64,000 bases of DNA. Origin: an uncultured virus (IMG/VR IMGVR_UViG_3300042520_002918) (lineage: Duplodnaviria; Heunggongvirae; Uroviricota; Caudoviricetes). Shown here one piece after another: positions 38,055 through 47,213 of this stretch. The stretch lies in IMG/VR virus record IMGVR_UViG_3300042520_002918; one strand, given 5' to 3'. The position numbers and the translations under genes were made by a program. A model generated the notes under the pieces. It saw only the letters and a program-made list of their open reading frames with translations. It was not told the DNA's origin and made no database searches. Numbering within the stretch: the first letter of the stretch is position 1; each line of letters begins with the position of its first letter.

Positions 38055-38270
38055 ATGAACCTCTCAGAAGCGCAACTTGCCAAGGCAAAACAAGAAGCAA
38101 AAAAACTTCTTGAGCACTCAATCGGCGTCTTGTGCATGTCGCTTGGCGTCGACGTATCGACAATTGATGATTCATACGACCACGATTTGCCAGAGGGGCA
38201 TTCGGAATATGCTGCTCATGAATCGCTGAAGCGTCAAGTAGCCAATTACGTTTTGATTTCTGACTCTTAG
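38055..38270 (+). CDS. Small protein ('GVD' paralogue 2)
   Basis: GVLCMSLGVDVSTID resembles GVLLRYGVDVDTFD in the previous gene. Confidence 0.7.
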   Translation: MNLSEAQLAKAKQEAKKLLEHSIGVLCMSLGVDVSTIDDSYDHDLPEGHSEYAAHESLKRQVANYVLISDS

Positions 38271-38272
38271 AC

Positions 38273-38461
38273 ATGATTCCAAAGCCAGTTGTTCCACTTC
38301 ACCTAGATGAGGCAAAGGAAGAAAAGCCGCGCATGCTGAGGTATAAGGATTATGAGAACAATGTTGCTCAATGGAACCCAGACACAAGGCAGTGGGAATT
38401 TAAAAACGGTCAAATGATGAATTGCGATATCACTGACCGATTTTTAGCGAAAGAGCAGTAA
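38273..38461 (+). CDS. Small hypothetical protein
   Basis: 62-aa ORF in tight operon spacing. Confidence 0.6.
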   Translation: MIPKPVVPLHLDEAKEEKPRMLRYKDYENNVAQWNPDTRQWEFKNGQMMNCDITDRFLAKEQ

Positions 38462-38465
38462 AGAT

Positions 38466-38768
38466 ATGCCAAGGTCGTGTGCTGCCAATTCAGCAGAAAA
38501 ACTTTTTGACGCAGATAAGCATATTGTGGATTTGTGGCAAGACATCGCTGAAATTCTTTTTGTTACCGGTCTCGACCCTGCCAACTTTGAAAGTTACGAA
38601 ATTGGTCAAATTATCACTGCCCTAAGAGAAACTTTTTCCACAAAAGATTCTGGATTTGGAAGAGACCCAGCGTATCCATTTATTTATCGCAATTACAGTT
38701 TCTTTATACCGAAACTTAGAAATGCTTTTTTCTATTTGCAAGTATCTAAATACGGGAAAGAACTATGA
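38466..38768 (+). CDS. Small protein (possible 'GLD' paralogue 3)
   Basis: EILFVTGLDPANFE; ATGA overlap with the next gene. Confidence 0.65.
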   Translation: MPRSCAANSAEKLFDADKHIVDLWQDIAEILFVTGLDPANFESYEIGQIITALRETFSTKDSGFGRDPAYPFIYRNYSFFIPKLRNAFFYLQVSKYGKEL

Positions 38769-39511
38769 AACCAGAAGTCCTTTTCGCCGGAATGGTAAGT
38801 ACACAACTTTCTTCGTCTGGCACGTCGCTGGTCTCCAATGAATTTAAAACAAACATGGAAGACTGGTCAACCAAGTGCTGGAACACGATGGCCGAGGCAA
38901 GTGTTGACTTGAGCCATAACGCTGTGGGTTTGTCCACCGTGTCAATGCAGTGGCGAGTTTCAAAAGACATGACTGATGAATTTTGGGTTGGCGCGATAAT
39001 TCCCCAAATGGCAATAGAGGATTTTTTAATTCGCACCAAGCAACCAACATCAATACTGTTTGTTGGGGGACTTAGCAGTTCGGTGTCTCGTTTTCTTTTG
39101 GCGCCAGAAAATGTTTTTGACGGTTTCAAAAATGCAAATATAAATTTTGTGAACGATGTCGGCCTTTTCATGTATGAGAAAAATCTAAAAAACGTTTACG
39201 AGCACACCTCCTTTGGGTACTCGGTGTACGACAAGTCAGAACTTATTTCTGGAATCGATGAACAATTTGAAATGATTGCAGTTCAATCCTGGGATGTGGC
39301 GTTTGATATGGAGTATCTCGATTCGTTGGTCAACGCTTTGGCTCCGGGCGGGACGCTTGTTATTTCCGCAACAAACGATGCATCAAATATGTACTCGTCC
39401 TCATACACTTGGCACCCGTATTACCAGTTCCATGAAAATCTCAAAGGCTTGTCGGGAACCTCGTATCATTTTCCGCAATTTTACGGGGTTACGGTTTTTG
39501 TAAAGAATTAG
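38765..39511 (+). CDS. Divergent class I methyltransferase-fold protein
   Basis: PTSILFVGG, EQFEMIAV, NALAPGGTLVI. Confidence 0.55.
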   Translation: MKPEVLFAGMVSTQLSSSGTSLVSNEFKTNMEDWSTKCWNTMAEASVDLSHNAVGLSTVSMQWRVSKDMTDEFWVGAIIPQMAIEDFLIRTKQPTSILFVGGLSSSVSRFLLAPENVFDGFKNANINFVNDVGLFMYEKNLKNVYEHTSFGYSVYDKSELISGIDEQFEMIAVQSWDVAFDMEYLDSLVNALAPGGTLVISATNDASNMYSSSYTWHPYYQFHENLKGLSGTSYHFPQFYGVTVFVKN

Positions 39512-39550
39512 ATTCTTGCTTGTGGGTTTGTGCCCATATAGTATTTGTGT

Positions 39551-40462
39551 ATGGAAACTTCAATAAATTACGGCATGGGCATTGTCTGTTTCCCAAATTC
39601 TATAGAAGTTGACCAAGACCTGGTTATTCCATATTTTTCATCGCTCAAAGAGAAGGCAATTAAAGACGATTACACCATTGTTCATGAGGATGGACAAGAG
39701 CCTTATGCGATAAACAGAAGCGGCCACAGATACGAAATTGAAGACATAAAAAAGAGCGCAAGTCACATCATGGACTTCATCAACGAAGATAGTCCGAAAG
39801 AGTTGGTTGAATTTTTTAATGAATGTGAAAAAACCATCTATGAACATCTTTTGATGTACATAGAAATGTACCCGCATGTTCTCCCAAATATATGGTGGAC
39901 GGAAACTGGCCATGTGGCCGCTTATGGCGCAGGCAGCAGCATGGGGACTCACAACGACAACGAAGTGAATTATCAAGTTGGTTTTGAGCCGGATTTACAA
40001 CTTGCTACAAGGCATGTATTGAGTGTGTTGCTGTATTTAAATTCGTCCGTTGGGAGTCAAAAAGAACTAGGCAAATATGAATACAGCGGTGGAGAAATTG
40101 AATTCGTATATGCCAATTCTGTACATCAACCAAAATCTGGCGATTTGCTCATATTCCCATCAAACTACCTTGGCACACATGAAGTGAGGCCATGCCTGAG
40201 TGGGGAGAGATACGTTTACATTTCTTATTTTTCGCATGGCTCAGCCCATATCGAACGAGGCATACAGCCAGGACCAAGTGTCCCGGTTGGCAAGCAAAGC
40301 CAGGTTTGGCTGCCAACTATTGTTGACGATTATGTTTCGTACATTAGTGAAAAGCATTCATCAAGTAAACTAAAGCCATTGATGACTGGGGTTCCAACAA
40401 GAACTCATAGTTCAAGCACTAAAAAATATTTACCGCAAAGCAGGAACATTGTAAATGAATAG
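39551..40462 (+). CDS. P4H-like Fe(II)/2OG dioxygenase
   Basis: GTHNDNE, YSGGEI.F, FPSNYLGTHEVRP...G.RY; promoter TTGCTT-17 nt-TAGTAT-6 nt-ATG. Confidence 0.87.
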   Translation: METSINYGMGIVCFPNSIEVDQDLVIPYFSSLKEKAIKDDYTIVHEDGQEPYAINRSGHRYEIEDIKKSASHIMDFINEDSPKELVEFFNECEKTIYEHLLMYIEMYPHVLPNIWWTETGHVAAYGAGSSMGTHNDNEVNYQVGFEPDLQLATRHVLSVLLYLNSSVGSQKELGKYEYSGGEIEFVYANSVHQPKSGDLLIFPSNYLGTHEVRPCLSGERYVYISYFSHGSAHIERGIQPGPSVPVGKQSQVWLPTIVDDYVSYISEKHSSSKLKPLMTGVPTRTHSSSTKKYLPQSRNIVNE

Positions 40463-41330
40463 CAATTGCTTGATAGAGAACTTGGGCGGTGGCGTAGTTT
40501 TGTTCAAGAACGCAATCTCCCTGGATTGGGACTCGGTATTTGATATTGCCGAGGAACTGGTAGACCTTGATTCGCCATCAATGTACAAGCCGGCAATAGA
40601 CCCAGAAACTGGCGAAAAGATTCTTTCAAACAAAAGCGACTATATCTATTCCGAAGACGCAGCAGGCGACATGCCCCGCAGATGCTCGGTGGCGCACCAA
40701 TCAAATGATGCCGATGTTGTCAACTTGCTTAACGCGCTTGAATCAACAAGAGATGAATGCCTGCTTCATTATTTTTGGGAATATCCGTTGGCCTACAAGG
40801 TTGTGTGGTGGAAAGTTAAGGGGCATTTCGTTTCTTATTCGCCAACAAAGGGCGGACTTTACTTGGGGATTCATAGCGATACGAGTGCCGACTATGCATA
40901 TGGTTTTGACCACCCAAAGCAACAGTTGGCCACAAGAAACAGTGTTTCATGTTTGATTTATCTCAACGATTGCGTTGATACAGAAGAAGAATTAGACGGA
41001 AAAAACTTTACTGGCGGCCACCATCACTTTAATTATTTGAACATAACATACAAGCCACAAAAGGGTGACGTGCTGATGTTTCCTTCCAACTATGTTGCAG
41101 GACACGAAGTGAGAACCGTCACTGGAGGGCACAGGTACTCGTACTTGGGCTGGTATGCGCACGGAACGCCAAATCAGGCAGTTGGAGAATATGTAGTGGA
41201 CCCTTCGGTTAACTCATCGGCCACTAATGTGTACATGCCTTCACTCCGTGAGGATGTTTTGGCTTTTGCCAACAAAAAAGACCCATCTGGCAGTTCTCAC
41301 CTACACACACTCGTATCAAGGATTTGGTAA
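40455..41330 (+). CDS. P4H-like Fe(II)/2OG dioxygenase
   Basis: GIHSD, YLNDC, FPSNYVAGHEVRTV.GG.RY. Confidence 0.87.
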   Translation: MNSNCLIENLGGGVVLFKNAISLDWDSVFDIAEELVDLDSPSMYKPAIDPETGEKILSNKSDYIYSEDAAGDMPRRCSVAHQSNDADVVNLLNALESTRDECLLHYFWEYPLAYKVVWWKVKGHFVSYSPTKGGLYLGIHSDTSADYAYGFDHPKQQLATRNSVSCLIYLNDCVDTEEELDGKNFTGGHHHFNYLNITYKPQKGDVLMFPSNYVAGHEVRTVTGGHRYSYLGWYAHGTPNQAVGEYVVDPSVNSSATNVYMPSLREDVLAFANKKDPSGSSHLHTLVSRIW

Positions 41331-42193
41331 TGAACATCCATCATCACGGCTCAGGAATTGTCCAATTTGGAAACTTGTCTTTGATAAATCAAGATTTATT
41401 TAAAGAGGTAATGAGTGGTATTGAAAAAAATACACTGCCTCAAGGGTACACGGAATCGCCAATATCGAAAGATGTAAAACTAAACAACGGTTTATACGAA
41501 TATTCAGATGAAGACATCCAATCTGCTCCAATAAGGTACAACAATTATCTTTATCAGGACATGCCGAAAGAGCATGTTGATTTCATTCTTTCGTTGGAAA
41601 ATGCCCTTTATCAAAGCATGGTTCAGTATGCTGCGCTATTCCCGGTAGTGATTAATTCAATTCGATGGAGAACAAGAGGTTATTTCATCAGATATGAAGA
41701 GGGTCAAGGAATAGGACCTCACTCGGACTGCGATTTGCCATACGGTGAAGACAACGCAACTCCGCTTTCGTCCTTCCCTATCTGTAATACTGTCACCGCA
41801 GCGGTCATCCTCAATGATGATTATGTTGGAGGAGAGGTCTCTTATGCACCTTGGGGTATTGAATTCAAGCCAAAGGTGGGAGACATTCTCATGTACCCAT
41901 CTTCTTATGCTGGCTGCCACAGCATAAAGCCAGTTATCCAAGGTGTTCGTTATGCGTATCTGTCTTGGTTTGCCCAAGGCAGGAACGAATCAACACCATC
42001 CCCAAGTCAAAAAACATCGGAACTCGATTCAATCAAGTGGGTAAAAAATCTCAGGGAAGATGCATCCAAACTTACGCATGGCAACCTTGAGAATCGACAT
42101 ATTCCAGTCGGTAACGTGTTTGCTTCGCCAGTAAATGTGCCGGACCATTTAGGTGGTGGACATTACTTTGTCATTGGTTTAGATACAAAATAG
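41330..42193 (+). CDS. P4H-like Fe(II)/2OG dioxygenase
   Basis: GPHSD, LNDDYVGGEV, YPSSYAGCHSIKPV..G.RY. Confidence 0.87.
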   Translation: MNIHHHGSGIVQFGNLSLINQDLFKEVMSGIEKNTLPQGYTESPISKDVKLNNGLYEYSDEDIQSAPIRYNNYLYQDMPKEHVDFILSLENALYQSMVQYAALFPVVINSIRWRTRGYFIRYEEGQGIGPHSDCDLPYGEDNATPLSSFPICNTVTAAVILNDDYVGGEVSYAPWGIEFKPKVGDILMYPSSYAGCHSIKPVIQGVRYAYLSWFAQGRNESTPSPSQKTSELDSIKWVKNLREDASKLTHGNLENRHIPVGNVFASPVNVPDHLGGGHYFVIGLDTK

Positions 42194-42200
42194 TTACATT

Positions 42201-43310
42201 GTGAATGTGTCTAAGTTTTCTGTCGGGTTTGCTTCTCAGGACTGGTCCAAAGTTGGAGAACTGCTAATCCCAAATGGATGCACTTGGTATAGGTGTGTGC
42301 TCCCGCTAAAAGAACTTCAAAAGTTTGGACATGGTGCTGTTGTCGGAACTGTTGCATCATCTTCTAGCGGAGAAATAGGCATAGGTATACGAAAGCCACT
42401 TTATTCACAAGAAGGAACGGCAAGTGGACTCAACATAATCGTGTTCAAACTTGCCATGCACATATCCAACTTGACCGCAATTGAAAAAGCAGAGTCAAGC
42501 GGGCAAAAGATTGTTGTAGATATCGATGACTGGTTTGACGGCTTGCCGGAATCAAATAGGGCATTTGAAACTACAAATCCAGAAACAAATAAAGAGAACA
42601 ACAGAGATATCTACTTTTCAGTAATTAATAGAGCCCACGCCCTCATTTGTTCAACTCCATTTCTATATGAGCAATACAAACTCAAATACCCATCGAAGCC
42701 GATATTTATGGTTAGAAATGGAATTGACCTGGGTAGATGGAAGAAGAAAAAGCACTTTTACAAAAAACCGGTTATTGGATGGGTCGGGGCAACTCCATGG
42801 AGGGGCAATGACCTGGAGCAACTAAGTGGCTTTTTTGGAGATTATCTCTTGCGAAATAAGTTGACCTTTCACCATTCGGGCCACATAGACGGCGCGCAAA
42901 AAGCATCTGAACTTATTGGGGCTCCAAGTGATAAGTCAACGACACAAGGAATGATTCCAATACTCAACTTGCCAGAACTTTTTAAGAAAATAGATATCGG
43001 CATTGTTCCCCTGAACAATATTCCGTTCAATCATGCCAAGTCCTACCTGAAGGGCCTTGAGTATGCGGCGGCAGGAATACCTTTTGTTGCTTCTTATTCG
43101 CCGGAATACGAAGTCCTTGCCCAAAGCGGTATTGGGAGAGTAGCCTATTCAGAGTCGGATTGGCTTTACCATTTTGATGAGTTACTGAATCACAATATGC
43201 GAAATGATGAAGCAGAAGTTTCTCAAGAAATACTTAAAGAACAATTCTCTATGGACGTCATTGCAAAAGAATGGGAAAACGTATTCATGAATATTATGGA
43301 CATCAAGTAA
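42201..43310 (+). CDS. GT-B fold glycosyltransferase (GT4-like)
   Basis: GCTWYR, VVDIDD, ICSTPFL, VIGWVG, DIGIVPL...FN.AKS.LKGLEYAAAGIPFVAS. Confidence 0.9.
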   Translation: MNVSKFSVGFASQDWSKVGELLIPNGCTWYRCVLPLKELQKFGHGAVVGTVASSSSGEIGIGIRKPLYSQEGTASGLNIIVFKLAMHISNLTAIEKAESSGQKIVVDIDDWFDGLPESNRAFETTNPETNKENNRDIYFSVINRAHALICSTPFLYEQYKLKYPSKPIFMVRNGIDLGRWKKKKHFYKKPVIGWVGATPWRGNDLEQLSGFFGDYLLRNKLTFHHSGHIDGAQKASELIGAPSDKSTTQGMIPILNLPELFKKIDIGIVPLNNIPFNHAKSYLKGLEYAAAGIPFVASYSPEYEVLAQSGIGRVAYSESDWLYHFDELLNHNMRNDEAEVSQEILKEQFSMDVIAKEWENVFMNIMDIK

Positions 43311-44405
43311 ATGAACAAATTATCCAAAATGAATGTTGGATTTGCATCTCTTGACTGGTCAGTCGTTGACGGCCAGCATGTTCCAAATGGGTGCACTTGG
43401 TATCGGTCCATACTTCCGTCGCAGCAGTTAAATCTTGCTGGCGCTGCATCTGCTTTTGGATTTTTGTCAGTAAAACCAAATGGAGAGTTTGCAATCAAAA
43501 GATTGAATAAAAGTTTTTCTAACAACAACAATATTATTGTGTTGAAAGTTATTATGTCAAAGGAAGTTCTTGAGCGAATTCCAAAGGCACAGTCACGTGG
43601 TCAAAAGATAGTTGTTGACATAGATGACCTTTATGACGAACTGCATTCAACCAATTTGGCATATCAATCCAGTTCGCCAAATTCCAACAAAGATAACAAT
43701 AGAGAAATATACGCAGAGATAATCAAAGTCTCTGATGCGCTAATTTGCTCAACCCCATTTATACGCGATTACTTTTCAAAGAAGTATCCGTCAAAGCCAA
43801 TATTTATGGTTCGCAACGCCATACAGAACAATTCATTTAAGCGCTTAAAAGCGGTTAACAGAGCGCCAGTAATCGGCTGGCTTGGCGCTACACCGTGGCG
43901 GTCAATGGACCTTGAGGTAATGCAACCTTTCTTGGATTCGTACTTGGAAAAAAATAAAATAAAATTTCATCACGCAGGCCACCTGATATGGGCTCCAGCG
44001 GCATACTTGAGGCTTGGCATAAATCCCAAGAACTGCACAGTTAGCGGAATGGTTCCACTGTTTGAAATGCAGGACGCCCACGCAAAATTTGACATCGGTG
44101 TAGTACCGCTAAATGATATTCCGTTTAATAGGGCAAAATCCTTTATCAAAGGCGTTGAGTATGCCGCCTCTGGAATACCTTTTGTTGCTTCTGCTTTGCC
44201 GGAATATGAGTATCTCTCATCGATGGGAGTTGGAAGAATTGCAAAATGCGATGCCGATTGGATAGGTCATTTTGATGAACTTATGAAGTTCAAGGTACGC
44301 GAAGAAGAGTCAAAAAAGATAAACAAGATTATTGAAAAAGAATTTACTATGTCAAAGACTGGACCGGAATGGGTGTCTGTGTTTAAGGAAATAAGTAGTT
44401 TGTAG
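43311..44405 (+). CDS. GT-B fold glycosyltransferase (GT4-like), tandem paralogue
   Basis: Same motif series as the preceding gene (NGCTWYR, VVDIDD, KSFIKGVEYAASGIPFVAS). Confidence 0.9.
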   Translation: MNKLSKMNVGFASLDWSVVDGQHVPNGCTWYRSILPSQQLNLAGAASAFGFLSVKPNGEFAIKRLNKSFSNNNNIIVLKVIMSKEVLERIPKAQSRGQKIVVDIDDLYDELHSTNLAYQSSSPNSNKDNNREIYAEIIKVSDALICSTPFIRDYFSKKYPSKPIFMVRNAIQNNSFKRLKAVNRAPVIGWLGATPWRSMDLEVMQPFLDSYLEKNKIKFHHAGHLIWAPAAYLRLGINPKNCTVSGMVPLFEMQDAHAKFDIGVVPLNDIPFNRAKSFIKGVEYAASGIPFVASALPEYEYLSSMGVGRIAKCDADWIGHFDELMKFKVREEESKKINKIIEKEFTMSKTGPEWVSVFKEISSL

Positions 44406-44445
44406 TTTGCCTATACAGGTACTGGGTCTTATGAAGACTATTTGT

Positions 44446-44471
44446 TTTTGCAACATAACTTTGTTGCAAAA
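44446..44471. promoter_or_regulatory. Perfect 10-bp inverted repeat abutting a start codon
   Basis: TTTTGCAACA-taactt-TGTTGCAAAA; the last A is the A of ATG 44471. Confidence 0.5.
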
Positions 44472-47164
44472 TGTCTACGCTGAACCGCCACCGAAAAGCA
44501 CTTGCCCGCATTCTTGGCCCGGTGTCCCTTCTTATTGCGCTGATAGGCGTGTATCCGGCCGTAGCAGATTCAACTGGAATACCATCACAATCGATACAAG
44601 GTGCTGGATTTGAGGCTGGCAACCTAACTGGGTGGGACAAAGGCTCACAGACTGGGACTCTTGGTGCATCCATTAACGGAAATGGAACAGGTGTTTCTGT
44701 TTTTAACGGTTCCAGAACATTTACGCATGGCCCCCACGGCGCGATGGGCAGTCCAACGGTAAACGGTCAGCCAAATAAGTATTATGCGCCTGCTGTTGCA
44801 GCAGGAAGTTGGACATTTTCTCCAAACAACAATTCATACGCTGCTTTACTGCAGCCAAAGAATAACGAGGCAACCTTTTCGGCCGCAATGTCAGCACTCG
44901 GCTTGTCCGGCTCACCGCAAACAGCAATACAAAATGAATTGATAGCAGATGCACAGGCATCCGGCAACGGAAGCCCAAATCCAACCAATGCTGCTTGGAT
45001 TACCAAAGAAGTCGAGTTGACGGCAGATGTTACATACACGATGTCCTGGAACTATGTCGGTACTGACTATGTTCCATTTAACGACGGCTCGATAACTTCC
45101 CTTGTTCCGGTGACGGTTGGGTCAACTCCAGTAATAAAAGTTAACAACTACACAGCACAGTATGCACTTTTGGGATTTACAAATCCAGGAACTGGCGACT
45201 ACTCGGTTAATTCATACGGTTCAACTGGCTGGCAAACCTCCACTTATGAAGTTTCCGTAACCGGAACATACAAACTTGGATTTGCATCTTTCAACCTTGG
45301 CGACACCGCATTGTCTCCAGTGTTAATGATTGATGATACGGCTGGCGTAACAAATCGTTGCGCCACAGATGGAAGCAATTGCACAACATTTGGTGGCGTG
45401 CAGCCAAATAATGAAACTGCCCCTGCAATTGAAACGACTACAACTACGACTACTTCCACAACTACTACTGTTCCGCCGACTACAACAACGACGGTTGCGC
45501 CATATTACAACGCAGTCACAAATCTCACTGCTGTAGCAAACGCAGATGGAAGCATAGACCTTGACTGGGATGCTCCAGCATCAAGCAACTTAAATGTCTA
45601 CGGCTACTCAGTTAGTTTTTACGACCTTGATGAAATTGGCGGAACAACGTCAGGTGGCTGGGGTGTGTGGACTAACCAAGGCACCAACTACTCGCTAAGT
45701 ACTGGAATGTTTTCTGGAAGCAACCCCGTAACTACTGGATTTGGACCTGTGCGCTTTGGCATTAAAGCGGGAAATCAAAGTTGCTTCTCTGGCGAAGGCG
45801 TAGGTCCGTGTGTATACGGACCCGAAGTAACTGTTGATGCAACTGTTATTGACCCGAATTCAACTACAACTACTACAACCACAACTACGACAACTACGAC
45901 TGTTTATGTCGCCCCTCAGACCACGACGACTGTTCCTCCCGTGGAGACAACGCCTCCCCCGACAACCACTGTTCCTGAGCCAGAAGAGACCGAGCCTGGA
46001 ACGACTGTGCCTGATGAGACTGATACGACTCTTCCCGATGAAGACGAAGAGCCTTCAGTAACGACACCCACGACTTTACCGCCTCAAGAAGAAGACGAAA
46101 CAGCAACGACTACTCCGATTGAGACTCAGCCTGATGAGGAGCAAACTCTTCCACTTGATGAAGAAGCAGGACAGCAAGAAGAGCCACAGACGACAGAACC
46201 AGAAAACCAAGAAAGCCAAACAGAATCAGAATCCCCACAAGATGAAACTGTAACAGAAATAGTTGAGGAACTAGATGCAGTTCTTAATGATGATGCTTCG
46301 GCGGAAGAAATCATTGAGGCTGTTGGGGAAGTTCTAGAATCAATCACTGACGAAGAGGAATTGGTCGCCGTCGTAGGGGCCATTCTTGACTCAATTTCAG
46401 AAGACAAGCCAGTTGAAGAACTCACAGAGGAAGAAAAGGAGAAGATTGTCGCTGTGGTTGAGGCGGTCTTAAGCGCTGGTGTTGATTCCTCGGTGGCTGC
46501 AGAGTTGGCCTCTAGCGCAGCCGTACTTGAGTCCATAGATTCCTCCCAAGCAGAGGCGGTCTTTGAGCAGGTATCCGCAGAAAGCCTTAGCGATGAGCAG
46601 GCAGAGGCAGTCGTAGAGGCCGTCCAGAGCGCTCCAGAAGCCATTAGAGGGGTGTTTGAAGAGGTTGTGGACCTATTCCAGGGTGCATTTGATAATTACA
46701 CGATGCTGGGCCAAACCATCGATGTTGGACAGCGTCGTACCGTCGTTGCCGCAAGCCTGCTCACGGCATCCGCAGCCGCGCTGAGCGCCAGTGGTCCAAT
46801 CGGGCCAAGTTCCGGTGGTTCCGGTGGCCCTAGCGGTTCTTCTCCGACTACAAAGCAAGACACAGCCACTAGACGGAATGAAGAGGAAGAATCTGAGGCT
46901 GCTGGCGAAATTGCCGGCGACGGTCTGGATTGGATTAAGAGTATAAGTATTTACAGATATGTAAATGGGGTGAAGGTTATGAACTGGAAAGCATTTATCA
47001 AGAAGTTCGTCTACGGCTTGCTCAACATGGGCTTTACGATTGCTGGCTCACTTGTTGTGTATTTAACTTTGTCTGGGCCTATTCAGAGAATTGCTGGAGT
47101 ATCAACAGTTCTGGCAATCGCCGCCGCCATGTATTTGCACATGAAAGAGCCTGAAGAAGGCTGA
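44471..47164 (+). CDS. Large exported, membrane-anchored protein with FN3-like domain and Thr/Pro/Glu-rich stalk
   Basis: Signal peptide; beta-rich domain; poly-Thr tracts; VTNLTA...IDLDWDAP (FN3-like); acidic helical region; two C-terminal TM helices. Confidence 0.8.
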   Translation: MSTLNRHRKALARILGPVSLLIALIGVYPAVADSTGIPSQSIQGAGFEAGNLTGWDKGSQTGTLGASINGNGTGVSVFNGSRTFTHGPHGAMGSPTVNGQPNKYYAPAVAAGSWTFSPNNNSYAALLQPKNNEATFSAAMSALGLSGSPQTAIQNELIADAQASGNGSPNPTNAAWITKEVELTADVTYTMSWNYVGTDYVPFNDGSITSLVPVTVGSTPVIKVNNYTAQYALLGFTNPGTGDYSVNSYGSTGWQTSTYEVSVTGTYKLGFASFNLGDTALSPVLMIDDTAGVTNRCATDGSNCTTFGGVQPNNETAPAIETTTTTTTSTTTTVPPTTTTTVAPYYNAVTNLTAVANADGSIDLDWDAPASSNLNVYGYSVSFYDLDEIGGTTSGGWGVWTNQGTNYSLSTGMFSGSNPVTTGFGPVRFGIKAGNQSCFSGEGVGPCVYGPEVTVDATVIDPNSTTTTTTTTTTTTTVYVAPQTTTTVPPVETTPPPTTTVPEPEETEPGTTVPDETDTTLPDEDEEPSVTTPTTLPPQEEDETATTTPIETQPDEEQTLPLDEEAGQQEEPQTTEPENQESQTESESPQDETVTEIVEELDAVLNDDASAEEIIEAVGEVLESITDEEELVAVVGAILDSISEDKPVEELTEEEKEKIVAVVEAVLSAGVDSSVAAELASSAAVLESIDSSQAEAVFEQVSAESLSDEQAEAVVEAVQSAPEAIRGVFEEVVDLFQGAFDNYTMLGQTIDVGQRRTVVAASLLTASAAALSASGPIGPSSGGSGGPSGSSPTTKQDTATRRNEEEESEAAGEIAGDGLDWIKSISIYRYVNGVKVMNWKAFIKKFVYGLLNMGFTIAGSLVVYLTLSGPIQRIAGVSTVLAIAAAMYLHMKEPEEG

Positions 47165-47213
47165 TTGACGCTAGACTAAGCGCACCGAATACCCCCAACC
47201 CAAAGAGGTGCAA

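Noticed and set aside
32166..42193. TET/JBP-type DNA base hydroxylation with glycosylation
   Set aside because: Motifs (Y[L/F]ND...GG.L.F, H.V..V..G.RY) match the P4H-like family, the genes neighbour structural rather than replication genes, and restriction-site avoidance suggests unprotected DNA. Not formally excluded without nucleoside analysis.
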